Below, piece after piece: positions 45,277 through 54,368 of a stretch of 56,423 bases of DNA (position 1 is the first letter of the stretch; each line of letters opens with the position of its first letter). A model generated the notes under the pieces. It made no database searches. It was not told the origin of the DNA and saw only the letters and a program-made list of their open reading frames with translations. A program made the translations under genes and the position numbers. The DNA is from Anaerolinea sp. (lineage in GTDB: Bacteria > Chloroflexota > Anaerolineae > Aggregatilineales > Aggregatilineaceae): the NCBI GenBank assembly GCA_020725705.1, contig DYEN01000577.1:1-56423 (forward strand), in the 5' to 3' direction.

Positions 45277-45924
45277 ATGCCGATCGCGCTCTCGATCGCG
45301 CTGACGATCCTGGCGGTTCTCTCGGCGACGCTGACGATCATCTCGAAGTATCGCGCTTCCAGGCGCGGCGAATACGTCTTCAAGCCGCTCACCACGCTGC
45401 TGATCATCGGCGTGGCCCTGCTGGCAAACGAGCCGATCTCGCAGACCTATCACGTACTGATCGTGGCCGGGCTGCTGGCCTCGCTGGCCGGGGACGTGTT
45501 CCTGATGTTTCCCGATCGCTTTCTGCCCGGCCTGCTGAGCTTCCTCATCGCCCACATCTTCTACATCGCCGCCTTCACCCACGAGAGCAGCGGGCAGGCG
45601 CCGCTTTTGTATGTCATCCCCTTCGTGCTCTTTGGCGCGGTGATGCTGCGCTGGCTGTGGCCGCACTTGGGCGCGATGCGCGTCCCCGTGCTGATCTACA
45701 TGGGCGTGATCCTCATCATGGCCTACCAGGCCGCCAACCGCTGGATCGAGACCAGCCAGGACGGCACGTTTCTCGCGCTGGCCGGGGCATATCTATTCGT
45801 CGCGTCGGATGCGGCCCTGGCGGTCGATCGCTTTCGCGGGCGGTTTCGCAGCGCGGATTTCTGGGTGCTCAGCACCTATTTCGCCGCCCAGCTTCTGATC
45901 GCCTGGTCCATCTACGGTCGGTGA
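45277..45924 (+). CDS. YhhN-family membrane protein (lysoplasmalogenase-like)
   Basis: 215 aa with about 7 TM. FKPLTTLLIIG, SLAGDVFLM and FVASDAALA are typical of YhhN. Confidence 0.8.
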   Translation: MPIALSIALTILAVLSATLTIISKYRASRRGEYVFKPLTTLLIIGVALLANEPISQTYHVLIVAGLLASLAGDVFLMFPDRFLPGLLSFLIAHIFYIAAFTHESSGQAPLLYVIPFVLFGAVMLRWLWPHLGAMRVPVLIYMGVILIMAYQAANRWIETSQDGTFLALAGAYLFVASDAALAVDRFRGRFRSADFWVLSTYFAAQLLIAWSIYGR

Positions 45925-45975
45925 GAGTCACCCCCTCGCGCCGCGCCCGGCAGGGCAGCGGTCGCGCCGCGATCG

Positions 45976-45981
45976 TATAAT
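45976..45981 (+). promoter_or_regulatory. Candidate -10 hexamer TATAAT upstream of the acidic-protein gene
   Basis: Perfect TATAAT, 35 nt upstream of the ATG at 46017, with AAAGGATGG as the RBS. No good -35 element is seen. Confidence 0.3.
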
Positions 45982-46016
45982 ACTGATAGAACAGCACGCG
46001 CAAAGGATGGATAACC

Positions 46017-47495
46017 ATGACCACGCCGGAACAGCGCCCCGCGCACGATCCCGACCCGCTCGACGACGCCGACGAGCGCCTGCCGGGCACCGGCGAGATG
46101 GGCGACGAGACGGACGAACCAGAACCGGACACCGGGCAGCCGGTCGAGACGCCGCTGGCCGATGCCGACCTGCCCACGGGCGAACTGGCGCTCGAGCCGG
46201 ACGAGGAGATGATTCCCGAAAGTGACCGGCCGCCGCGCATCGTCCAGGAGACGCCGGTCGGCGGTAGGCTGCCCCTCGAACCCGTGCCCCCTGCCGACGC
46301 CGGCGAGCCGCTACGCGACATGCCCGCGCCGGAAGCCGTCGACGCCGCCCAGCCCGAACCCGAAACACCCCTCGCGCCGGAACACGAGCTGGCCCTGTCG
46401 CCCCCGCCGGACGAAGCCACCCCGCCAGAGCCGGAAGCGGCGCCCGGCCCGCCGGTGGAGGTCGAGCCGGTTCCCGCCGCGCCGGATGAACAGATAGCCG
46501 CGCCCGGTCCGGAGAGCGCGATCGCGGAAGCTGCCGCAGAAACAGGCACAGAAACGGTCGCGCCGGCCGAACCAGAAGCCGGGGCAGCAGTCGAAGAAGG
46601 CGAAGCCGAAGCGGAAGCGCCCGTCGAAACCGCGCCCGAAGCAGAGGCGCCCGCCCTCGCAGAAGCGGCGCCCGAAGCCGAAAGCGCCCCGTCTCCCGCG
46701 CCGACTGCACCGGAGCCGTCCACGGTGCGCGTCACCCGCCCCGAAGACTGGGATGAAGAGCTGTCGCCGGAGCTGGCTGCGATCCTATTCGGTGCGGCAG
46801 CCCGCGCCGAACCTGCCGAAGTGGCCGCGCCTGCCGAGGCGGCGCCTTCGGTCGCGCCCGAAGCCGTGCCCGAAGCTGCACCCGCACCGGCTGTCGAAGC
46901 CGCCGCCCCTGCGCCGATCACCTCGCGTGAAGACGCGCGCACCCGCCCGATCGCAGCAGGCCAATTCACCGCGCCCGCGCCGGACGCCTCGGTCGAGGGC
47001 ACCGTGCGCTATATCCGCGTCGAAGAGCCGCTCGGCGGCGACAGCGGGCGGCGCATCCGCGAAAGCTGGGAATTCTTCGGCCCGGACTATCCGGCACTGG
47101 AAGGGCGGCTGGTCAAGCGCATCCAGAGCGAAGAAATCGCCTACGCCGACGGCTCGTGGAAGTTCACCTTCCGGCGCGATTACAGCGAGGGCCGCGACGA
47201 GCGAACCGTGCGCATCGCCCGCGACGGCGAATTCATCGAGCGCACCGACCGCGTCCGTCGCAAAAACGCGCTGACCGGCAAGACGGTCCGTGCGGAGACG
47301 CGCGAGGCACTGGCGTTTGCGCCGCCCAAGCACGAGGAAAAGCGCGGCTTTCTGGGCAGGCTGTTCGGGCGCGGGGGCGACAGCGTGCGCCCGGAGGGTC
47401 CGAAGCAGTGGCGGCCTGCCACCGACGCCGAACAGCGAGAGGCGTACCGCCGGGGCGGCGAGGCATTCCGGCTGGGGATCTTCGAGCGCCCATAG
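46017..47495 (+). CDS. Hypothetical protein: ~350-aa acidic Pro/Glu/Ala-rich disordered region plus ~140-aa basic C-terminal domain
   Basis: 492 aa. Long low-complexity PEAEAP-type region, then VRYIRVEEPLGGDSGRRIRESWEFFGPDYPALEGRLVKRIQSEEIAYADGSWKFTFRRDY... No motif recognised. Confidence 0.55.
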   Translation: MTTPEQRPAHDPDPLDDADERLPGTGEMGDETDEPEPDTGQPVETPLADADLPTGELALEPDEEMIPESDRPPRIVQETPVGGRLPLEPVPPADAGEPLRDMPAPEAVDAAQPEPETPLAPEHELALSPPPDEATPPEPEAAPGPPVEVEPVPAAPDEQIAAPGPESAIAEAAAETGTETVAPAEPEAGAAVEEGEAEAEAPVETAPEAEAPALAEAAPEAESAPSPAPTAPEPSTVRVTRPEDWDEELSPELAAILFGAAARAEPAEVAAPAEAAPSVAPEAVPEAAPAPAVEAAAPAPITSREDARTRPIAAGQFTAPAPDASVEGTVRYIRVEEPLGGDSGRRIRESWEFFGPDYPALEGRLVKRIQSEEIAYADGSWKFTFRRDYSEGRDERTVRIARDGEFIERTDRVRRKNALTGKTVRAETREALAFAPPKHEEKRGFLGRLFGRGGDSVRPEGPKQWRPATDAEQREAYRRGGEAFRLGIFERP

Positions 47496-47578
47496 CGCGC
47501 TGCCACGCCCCGGAAAATCATGAGCCTGGCCGCAGCCAGGCTCATTCACGTTGCGCTCTCACCGCCCAGGCAGGCAGT

Positions 47579-48184
47579 TCAGACGGTTTCGGCGGCGAGC
47601 ATCCGCGCGAACTGGGCGCAGAAGATGTCGAACACCACGCGATGCAGGCGGCTGCGCGCCGGGCTTTCCAGGTAGAGCAGCCCGACAATTTCGTCGCGCT
47701 CCCACAGTGGCCCGCACAGCACAGCGCGAGCCTGGTTGTCCCAACCACGGTAGACCGAGACCTGCGCCTCGCCGGTCGCCAGAGCGTGGGTGATCGCCCG
47801 GCGATCCGGGTCGATCTCGCTGTGCGCGATGTAATGGCCGGACGCATCGCGCCCCGTGCAGTAGCGCAGCCGTCCCTCGCCCTCGCAGCGCAAGAGGTAG
47901 CCGGTGCGGGCGTTGAACTGCTGGACGGCCCGCAACAACAACGCGTCCAATCGCGAGGCGTAGTAGGGTGCTGCTTCCTCGTCAGCCTCAAGCGGGTGAT
48001 CCGGCAGCTCTTTGGCGACGGCCTCAGCCTCGGGCGAGGTGTCCTGCTCGCCGGGTCCGTAATAGCGGGCGGGCAGGTCGTCCGGCTCCAGCGAACGCTG
48101 CGTTGACTCGCGGCGGGCATCTTCGACGGAATCGGGGCGTTTCAAGAAGGCTATGATCCGCCGAACCAAGGTCTCGCGTGACAT
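47579..48184 (-). CDS. GAF-domain protein
   Basis: The C-terminal 130 aa resemble a GAF fold (LLLRAVQQFNARTGYLLRCEGEGRLRY...LCGPLWERDEIVGLLYLESP). Start at the ATG at 48184 with GGGGGAG 5 nt upstream. Confidence 0.6.
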   Translation of the reverse strand: MSRETLVRRIIAFLKRPDSVEDARRESTQRSLEPDDLPARYYGPGEQDTSPEAEAVAKELPDHPLEADEEAAPYYASRLDALLLRAVQQFNARTGYLLRCEGEGRLRYCTGRDASGHYIAHSEIDPDRRAITHALATGEAQVSVYRGWDNQARAVLCGPLWERDEIVGLLYLESPARSRLHRVVFDIFCAQFARMLAAETV

Positions 48185-48447
48185 AACGCTCCCCCACGCA
48201 AACACCTGTTACGTATGTTCCCCCTGGCTACACAATATCATTATTTACGTTTTTCGGCCTATAGCACCGCGATACTGTTTCGAAAGCATGAAGCCTGCAT
48301 GGATTCAAATCCGCCGCCTTAATGAAGTGGCGGCGGGCTGGGCGCGCGTGGCGGATGGTGTACAATTACAGAGAGAGACATCGTCGGACTAAGCGCTGCG
48401 GCAGAGCGAGCTGCACACCGCAACGGGATCCGTGCCAGGGGGAGCGT

Positions 48448-48636
48448 ATGTCCGCCAATCTCCGCACGCTGCTGTTGGTGATCGACGGCCTCGCGCTGAT
48501 CGGGGTGGTGGCGTTCAGCGTGCTCGGCGCGCTGGAGCCGGAAGTCCCGGCTTATATCGTCGGGCAGATTGTCAGCGCGCTGATCGTGCTGGGGAGCGTG
48601 TTCTTACTGCGCTACCTGCGCAATCACACGCCGTAA
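48448..48636 (+). CDS. Small two-TM membrane protein
   Basis: 62 aa: MSANLRTLLLVIDGLALIGVVAFSVLGA...IVGQIVSALIVLGSVFLLRYL. GGGGGAG lies upstream of the ATG at 48448. Confidence 0.4.
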   Translation: MSANLRTLLLVIDGLALIGVVAFSVLGALEPEVPAYIVGQIVSALIVLGSVFLLRYLRNHTP

Positions 48637-48707
48637 CAGGGGCAGAACAGCCAGGGGCGCCCGCGCGGGCGCCCCTGATCGTTCATTGCGCAGGTGTGGC
48701 CCGCGGC

Positions 48708-50222
48708 TTACGGCATGACGGCGTCCAGCGCCTGGCAGGCGGGGCAGCTCCCGCCGGGCCGCACGATCGCGTAGCCGGCAGCCGGGTCCGCCCCGTAGGT
48801 GGTGAAGTCCACGTTCCACACGATCATCAGGCGGACACGGCCACTGCTCGCCGAAAGCTGCGCCGCGCGAGCCAGCCAGGCGGCCTGCTCGGCCACGGTG
48901 TTCCCCGCGCCCCACTCGAACCCGGCAGGCAGCGGGGCGTAGCCTTCCGGCGACACGTAGCCCAGCTCGGTGAAGCACAGCGGGCGCGCGCCGCCGATGA
49001 TGTTCCAGTAGGTGTTGATCATGCCCCAGAAATAGCGGGTGTAGTAGTTGTCGCGCGGGTCGCCGCTGGTCTGGTCGGGCGAGACAATCCCTTCGTTGTA
49101 GTGCAGGCCCACGCAGTCCGCGTAATTGAGCGCGCCTGCCGACACCATGCCGCGCAGATAGCGGTCGTCGTTCCAGACGCGGTCCGTGCCGAACGCGCCT
49201 TCCGCACCGGTGGGCGCCGGCGCGCCGCTGATCACCATCACGCTCGGATTGGCTCCCTTGATGGCGGCGTAGGCTTTTTGCAGCATCTGGGTGTACATCA
49301 CCGGGCTGATCTGCCCGCGCGGCCATTCGCGGTCCAGGTTCTGCTCGTTCCACACCTCGATCGCATCCGGGCCAAGCCGCGCCACCCCCGCCAGATAGCC
49401 GGCAAACTGATCCATATAGGCGGTCGGGTTGGCGCCAAGCTGGGCCGGGTCGCCCACCACGCCCAGCAGAATACGGAAGCCCTGGCTGTGCGCCTGGTTG
49501 ATCGCGCCCGCCGCGTTGTCCGGGTTGTCGCCCAGGTTATACCGGATCTGACGCTTGACCCAGGTCATGCCCGCCTGGCGCATCAATTGCGGATACGCGA
49601 AGCTATCGACATGCCCGCCCAGGCTGAAGCCGCCCGGCTGCGGCTGGGGTACCGACGTGGGGGGTTGGGGCACAGGTGTCGCCGGCTGGGGCGCCGCCGT
49701 CGGGTAGACTCCGCCGGGTGTCGGCGTCGGGTAGCCGGGCACGGCGGTCGGGAAGCCGGGCACAGGTGTGGGCGGCACCACAGCCGAGCCGGAGAGCCTG
49801 AGCACCTGGCCGACATAGATCAGGTTCGGATTCACAATATTATTGAGCTGCACCAGCGCGGCCACCGTCGTGTTGAAGCGCAGGGCAATGCGCGACAGCG
49901 TGTCTCCGGGCTGGACCACATACGTCCCGCCGGGCTGGGGCTGAGGCACGGGGGTCGGCGGCTGGGGCTGCGGTTGCGGAGCCGTCCCCGGAATGGTCAG
50001 CACCTGACCGGCATAAATCAGGTTAGGATTCACTAACCCATTGGCTGCCGCGAGGACCGGCCAGGTCGTTCCGTAACGCAGCGCGATGCGATAGAGGTTT
50101 TCGCCCGGCTGGACGACGTGCGTCGTCCCGCCCTGCGCGAGCGCAGGTTCGGCCCGGGCGAACCACGCTGGACCGGTCAGGGCCAGCACGAGCACAGCAA
50201 TTATGATCCATCGAGATCGCAT
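48708..50222 (-). CDS. Secreted 2x LysM-domain protein with C-terminal clan GH-A (TIM-barrel) glycoside-hydrolase-like domain
   Basis: Signal peptide. Two LysM repeats ([17 protein letters not shown]...; [17 protein letters not shown]...). Pro-rich linker. Catalytic-like EVWNEQN (acid/base Glu) and CFTELGY (nucleophile Glu). Confidence 0.8.
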   Translation of the reverse strand: MRSRWIIIAVLVLALTGPAWFARAEPALAQGGTTHVVQPGENLYRIALRYGTTWPVLAAANGLVNPNLIYAGQVLTIPGTAPQPQPQPPTPVPQPQPGGTYVVQPGDTLSRIALRFNTTVAALVQLNNIVNPNLIYVGQVLRLSGSAVVPPTPVPGFPTAVPGYPTPTPGGVYPTAAPQPATPVPQPPTSVPQPQPGGFSLGGHVDSFAYPQLMRQAGMTWVKRQIRYNLGDNPDNAAGAINQAHSQGFRILLGVVGDPAQLGANPTAYMDQFAGYLAGVARLGPDAIEVWNEQNLDREWPRGQISPVMYTQMLQKAYAAIKGANPSVMVISGAPAPTGAEGAFGTDRVWNDDRYLRGMVSAGALNYADCVGLHYNEGIVSPDQTSGDPRDNYYTRYFWGMINTYWNIIGGARPLCFTELGYVSPEGYAPLPAGFEWGAGNTVAEQAAWLARAAQLSASSGRVRLMIVWNVDFTTYGADPAAGYAIVRPGGSCPACQALDAVMP

Positions 50223-50471
50223 GTTCGGCTCCTAAGGTGAGACATGGCGAGCATCTGCCTTCATCATAGTTAGTTTTTGGTTTTGCACAACTGCGCCGGG
50301 TGCGCCCGCCGCCCGGTAAAACCCTCCGGCTCAATCGACCACTTAGCCTATGGATAAATGCCCCATCTGGTCGATTTACGTCCGCCCGATATCGGCCTAT
50401 GATGAAAATATGTTTTCGGACTAGTGAAGCCCAGGCGACGCGCGCCAGGTGCTCAGGAGGACAAGTCAGAC

Positions 50472-50741
50472 ATGCTAGGGTCAATTATCGCGTGGATCGT
50501 TGTGGGTGCTATCGCCGGCTGGCTCGCCAGCGTGGTTATGGGCACCCGTCGTGGACAGAGCCTGCTGGAAGACATCGTCGTCGGTATCGTCGGCGGTCTG
50601 ATCGGCGGCTTCGTGCTGGACCTGCTGGACATCGGCGGGGAAGTCAGCGGCATCAACATCGCCAGCATCGTGGTCGCCTTCATCGGCGCTGTGATCTTGC
50701 TGGTCATCTTGCGCGCCGTGCGCGGTACCGCGCAAGTCTAG
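50472..50741 (+). CDS. GlsB/YeaQ/YmgE-family (transglycosylase-associated) small stress membrane protein
   Basis: 89 aa. IIAWIVVGAIAGWLASVVMG ... IVVGIVGGLIGGFVLDLL is typical of the family. AGGAGG lies upstream. Confidence 0.85.
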   Translation: MLGSIIAWIVVGAIAGWLASVVMGTRRGQSLLEDIVVGIVGGLIGGFVLDLLDIGGEVSGINIASIVVAFIGAVILLVILRAVRGTAQV

Positions 50742-50776
50742 CCGCCATAGCGGGTCTTGCCCGCGGAAATATACCG

Positions 50777-50803
50777 GCCCGTCTCATCCGAGGCGGGCTT
50801 TTT
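50777..50803 (+). terminator. Rho-independent terminator
   Basis: 9-bp stem GCCCGTCTC and GAGGCGGGC (one G-U pair), loop ATCC, followed by TTTTT. Confidence 0.75.
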
Positions 50804-50992
50804 CGTTGTGGGCGACGATCATTTCGCAACGAGGCGCACCTTTTTATATTGTTTATCTCATGACAGGTTTGTGTGTATCGGTCCGCATTAATGGAATTCT
50901 TATAGAATATTTGCTATTATTTGAGTTGAAACTTCGCCCGACCAACGTTGCTCTGGCACAGAGCGTGAGTGCGCACAGGAGGATGAACAACC

Positions 50993-51265
50993 ATGTTGAC
51001 GTCGCTTATCGTGTGGGTTGTTCTCGGTCTCGTTGTGGGCTATCTGATCAGCCTGGCGACGGGCGTAAACCGGGGACGGAGCCTGCTCGAATACCTGGCC
51101 GGCGGCGTCGTTGGTAGCCTGGCCGGCGGCCTCATCTTCCACTATCTGGACCTTGCCGGAGACGTGGAAGGTGTTGACATCGTCGCCGTCGTGGCTGCGC
51201 TTGTCGCCGCGATCATCCTGCTGTTGATCCTGCGCAATGTGCGCCGTCCTACTGCCACAGCCTGA
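50993..51265 (+). CDS. GlsB/YeaQ/YmgE-family small stress membrane protein (second copy)
   Basis: 90 aa. LIVWVVLGLVVGYLISLATG ... LAGGVVGSLAGGLIFHYL. AGGAGGA lies upstream of the ATG. Confidence 0.85.
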   Translation: MLTSLIVWVVLGLVVGYLISLATGVNRGRSLLEYLAGGVVGSLAGGLIFHYLDLAGDVEGVDIVAVVAALVAAIILLLILRNVRRPTATA

Positions 51266-51400
51266 TCGGAACGCCCCCCCGACCGAGACCTGACCGCCCG
51301 CCTCGCACCAGGCGGGCCTCTTTTTTTTCGCGTGGCAGCGCCGGCCCCCATCGGCGATAATCCACCAGAGAACCCACGTGGCAGAGCAAGGAGCAGAGCG

Positions 51401-52384
51401 ATGGAGTATGTGACCCTTGGCAAGACCGGGCTGAAAGTCTCGCGCCTGTGCCTGGGCATGATGAGCTACGGCAGCTCGCAGTGGCGCGACTGGGTGCTGG
51501 ACGAAGACGCCAGCCGCCCCCTGATCCGTCATGCGCTGGAGATCGGGATCAACTTCTTCGACACCGCCGATATCTACTCGCTCGGCATCAGCGAGGAAGT
51601 CACCGGGCGCGCCCTGCGTGATTTCACCACGCGCCGCGAAGACTACGTGCTGGCGACCAAGGTCTTCAACCCGATGGGCGACGGCCCCAACGACCGCGGC
51701 CTGTCGCGCAAGCATATCTTCGATGCCATCGATGCCTCCCTGCGCCGGCTCGGCGTCGAGTACGTCGACCTCTACCAGATCCACCGATGGGACTACCAGA
51801 CGCCCATCGAAGAAACGATGGAAGCCCTGCACGACGTGGTCAAGGCGGGCAAGGCACGCTACATCGGCGCGTCCAGCATGTTCGCCTGGCAGTTCGCCAA
51901 GGCTCAACACGTCGCCGAGCGCCACGGCTGGACGCGCTTTGTCTCCATGCAGAACCACTACAACCTCATCTACCGCGAGGAAGAGCGCGAGATGATCCCG
52001 CTCTGCCTCGATCAGGGGGTCGGCATCATCCCCTGGAGTCCACTGGCGCGCGGTTTTCTGGCCGGCAACCGCACGCGCGACCGCCGCGGCGAGACGGCCC
52101 GCAGCCTGTCCGACAGCTACGCGCACGAGATGTACTACCGCGACAGCGACTTCGACGTGCTGGACCGCGTGCTCGCCCTGGCAGAGCGGCGCGGCGTCAA
52201 GCCTGTGCAGATCGCGCTGGCCTGGCTGCTGCACCGCCCCGGCGTCACCGCGCCCATCATCGGCGCGACCAAGATGCATCACCTCGACGACGCCCTGGCG
52301 GCGCTCTCGGTCACGCTCGCGCCCGACGAAATGGCGTTCCTCGAGGAGCCGTACCGGCCACATCCGATCCTCGGCCACTCGTAG
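51401..52384 (+). CDS. Aldo/keto reductase
   Basis: MEYVTLGKTGLKVSRLCLG, FFDTADIYS, catalytic Tyr/Lys context, LAWLL. AAGGAG lies 8 nt upstream of the ATG at 51401. Confidence 0.9.
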   Translation: MEYVTLGKTGLKVSRLCLGMMSYGSSQWRDWVLDEDASRPLIRHALEIGINFFDTADIYSLGISEEVTGRALRDFTTRREDYVLATKVFNPMGDGPNDRGLSRKHIFDAIDASLRRLGVEYVDLYQIHRWDYQTPIEETMEALHDVVKAGKARYIGASSMFAWQFAKAQHVAERHGWTRFVSMQNHYNLIYREEEREMIPLCLDQGVGIIPWSPLARGFLAGNRTRDRRGETARSLSDSYAHEMYYRDSDFDVLDRVLALAERRGVKPVQIALAWLLHRPGVTAPIIGATKMHHLDDALAALSVTLAPDEMAFLEEPYRPHPILGHS

Positions 52385-52517
52385 GCGGCCCGCACCCCCG
52401 CGCCCGGTCCATCCCGGCGCGAAAGTGGCGCAGACCCCCCGCCCTGTGCTATAAGAAACGGGCGTGGGGGGATCGGGAGCCATTGCCTACCACGGCAGGA
52501 GCACACAGAGGACGCGC

Positions 52518-53954
52518 ATGAGCATCCGATTTGGTACTGACGGCTGGCGTGCCGTCATCGCAGAAACGTTTACCTTCGCCAACCTGCGGCTGGTCGCCCA
52601 GGCCGTTGCAGATTACATCAACGCCGAACTGCGGCCCAACGGCCCGGCCGAGGTCGTCGTCGGCTTCGATACCCGGTTTCTTTCCGACCGCTTCGCCATC
52701 GAGACGGCGCGCGTGCTGGCGGCCAACGGCATCGTCACCTGGCTGTCGCGCACCGACGCGCCAACCCCGGCCATCAGCTACAACATCCTGCACAAGAAGG
52801 CCGTCGCCGGGGTGGTGATCACCGCTTCGCACAACCCGCCGCGCTATAACGGCTTCAAGCTTAAAGCGAGCTATGGCGGCTCGGCCTCGCCCGCGCAATG
52901 CCTGCGCGTCGAAGAATACCTCGAGGTCCAGCAGCGCGAGGCGCGCGGCCCGAACCTGATGAGCTACGAGCGCGCGCTCGAAGAGGATCTGATCCGGCGC
53001 TTCAACCCGACCAACGCCTACTATGAGCACCTCGAATCGCTGGTCGATATCGACAAGATCTCCGCTGGCGAACTGCGCATCGTGGCCGACCCGATGTACG
53101 GCTCGGGCCGCACCGCCATCCGCGCCATCCTCTCGCGCACCCGTTGCAATGTCACCGAGATCCGCGGCGAGATGAACCCCGGCTTCGGCGGCATCCACCC
53201 CGAGCCGATCCGCAAGTACCTGGACATGCTGGCCGCCACCATCCAGACCAATCACGCCGATGTGGGTCTGGCGACCGACGGCGACGCCGATCGCATCGGC
53301 GCGATGGACGCTCACGGCACGTTTGTCGACCCGCACACCATCATGGCGCTTGCCCTGCGCTATCTGGTCGAAAAGCGCGGCTGGACCGGCGACGTGGTCA
53401 AGACCGTCTCCACCACCATGATGCTCGATCGCATCGCCGCCAGGCACGGCCTGACCGTCCACGAAACGCCGGTCGGCTTCAACCACATCGCGGACCACAT
53501 GCTCAACGGCAATGTCTTGATCGGCGGCGAAGAGTCCGGCGGGATCAGCATCAAAGGCCATGTGCCCGAAGGCGACGGCATCCTGATGGGCTTGCTGCTG
53601 TTGGAGATCATGGCGGACGCGCACGCCCCCCTGCACGAGATCGTCGCCGACCTTCAGGCGCAGTACGGCCCCACCTGCTACGAGCGCACGGACTTCGTGC
53701 TGAAGAACCCGGTCCCCAAGGCCGAAATGGTCGCCCGGCTGTCTGCCGCGGCCCCGGCCGAGCTGGCAGGCGAGTCCGTGCGCGCCGTGCACACCTTCGA
53801 CGGCGTCAAGTTCGTGCTGGCGGACGATAGCTGGCTGCTGATCCGACCCAGCGGGACCGAGCCGGTGCTGCGCGTCTACGCCGAAGGGCGCGACGCCGAT
53901 CAGGTACGCGCGCTGCTCGACGCGGGCCGGGCACTGACCGGCATCTCCGGCTAG
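52518..53954 (+). CDS. Phosphoglucomutase/phosphomannomutase family protein
   Basis: FGTDGWRAVI, phosphoserine loop TASHNPPRYNGFK, metal loop GLATDGDADR, sugar loop GGEESGG. Confidence 0.92.
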   Translation: MSIRFGTDGWRAVIAETFTFANLRLVAQAVADYINAELRPNGPAEVVVGFDTRFLSDRFAIETARVLAANGIVTWLSRTDAPTPAISYNILHKKAVAGVVITASHNPPRYNGFKLKASYGGSASPAQCLRVEEYLEVQQREARGPNLMSYERALEEDLIRRFNPTNAYYEHLESLVDIDKISAGELRIVADPMYGSGRTAIRAILSRTRCNVTEIRGEMNPGFGGIHPEPIRKYLDMLAATIQTNHADVGLATDGDADRIGAMDAHGTFVDPHTIMALALRYLVEKRGWTGDVVKTVSTTMMLDRIAARHGLTVHETPVGFNHIADHMLNGNVLIGGEESGGISIKGHVPEGDGILMGLLLLEIMADAHAPLHEIVADLQAQYGPTCYERTDFVLKNPVPKAEMVARLSAAAPAELAGESVRAVHTFDGVKFVLADDSWLLIRPSGTEPVLRVYAEGRDADQVRALLDAGRALTGISG

Positions 53955-53979
53955 GTCGCGCCGCTTTCGCACACGATCT

Positions 53980-54018
53980 GGCGCGGGGCACGTCACGACA
54001 TCCGGCGCGCCCCGCGCC
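53980..54018. terminator. Bidirectional stem-loop between convergent genes
   Basis: 10-bp perfect stem GGCGCGGGGC (53980..53989) and GCCCCGCGCC (54009..54018). No clear U-tract. Confidence 0.4.
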
Positions 54019-54022
54019 GCGA

Positions 54023-54349
54023 TCACAGGTTCCCGCCGTCCCCGTTCAAGGCGCGATCCAGCCCCTCGGCCAGCGCGGTCAGGAACGCGGGCAGAAACGC
54101 TGCCCACACCCCCGCCGGGACGCGTGACAGCGCGGCAAGCTGGGCGACCAGCGGATCGGACGGCTCGTCCACGGCGGCGATCACCGCCGCGCGCTGCCCG
54201 CGCACCGAGCGCCACAGCGCCCGCGCCTGCTCGCCGATCCGCGCGCCGGCCCACAGCAGCGCCGCGACCAGCAGCAGCGTCCCCAACAGCGTCCCGAGCA
54301 GCCCCCACAGCGCCCAGGTTTGCTCCGAAAACAGCGTGTCGATGGTCAT
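54023..54349 (-). CDS. Hypothetical single-pass membrane protein (last gene of the phage-like module)
   Basis: 108 aa. TM WALWGLLGTLLGTLLLVAALLWAG. No motif recognised. Confidence 0.45.
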   Translation of the reverse strand: MTIDTLFSEQTWALWGLLGTLLGTLLLVAALLWAGARIGEQARALWRSVRGQRAAVIAAVDEPSDPLVAQLAALSRVPAGVWAAFLPAFLTALAEGLDRALNGDGGNL

Positions 54350-54368
54350 CCTCTCACCCTCCCGGCCC

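Noticed and set aside
43459-45666. Two long minus-strand ORFs (43459..44331 and 44443..45666)
   Set aside because: They are antisense to the membrane-anchored protein, the epimerase (GGAGFVGSHL, YxxxK) and the YhhN gene. Their composition is Arg/Asp/Gly/Val-rich without motifs.
45869-47002. 377-aa minus-strand Ser/Gly/Ala-rich ORF
   Set aside because: It is the mirror image of the Pro/Glu/Ala low-complexity region on the plus strand. The plus-strand gene has a promoter-like TATAAT, an RBS and a non-repetitive C-terminal domain, so I kept that one.
48270-48340. Possible tRNA or tRNA fragment because of GGATTCAAATCC
   Set aside because: With a 7-nt TTCAAAT loop the flanking 5-mers (ATGGA and CCGCC) do not pair. 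No acceptor stem, D-arm or anticodon arm can be drawn in the preceding 60 nt.
48432-50036. 534-aa plus-strand ORF
   Set aside because: It is antisense to the LysM-glycosidase gene, which has a signal peptide, two LysM repeats and catalytic Glu motifs. The translation is Arg/Gly/Ala/His-rich.
50900-54308. Long minus-strand ORFs 50900..52483 (527 aa) and 52449..54308 (619 aa)
   Set aside because: They are antisense to the second GlsB gene, the aldo/keto reductase and the phosphoglucomutase-family gene, all of which have canonical motifs. These are high-GC artefacts.
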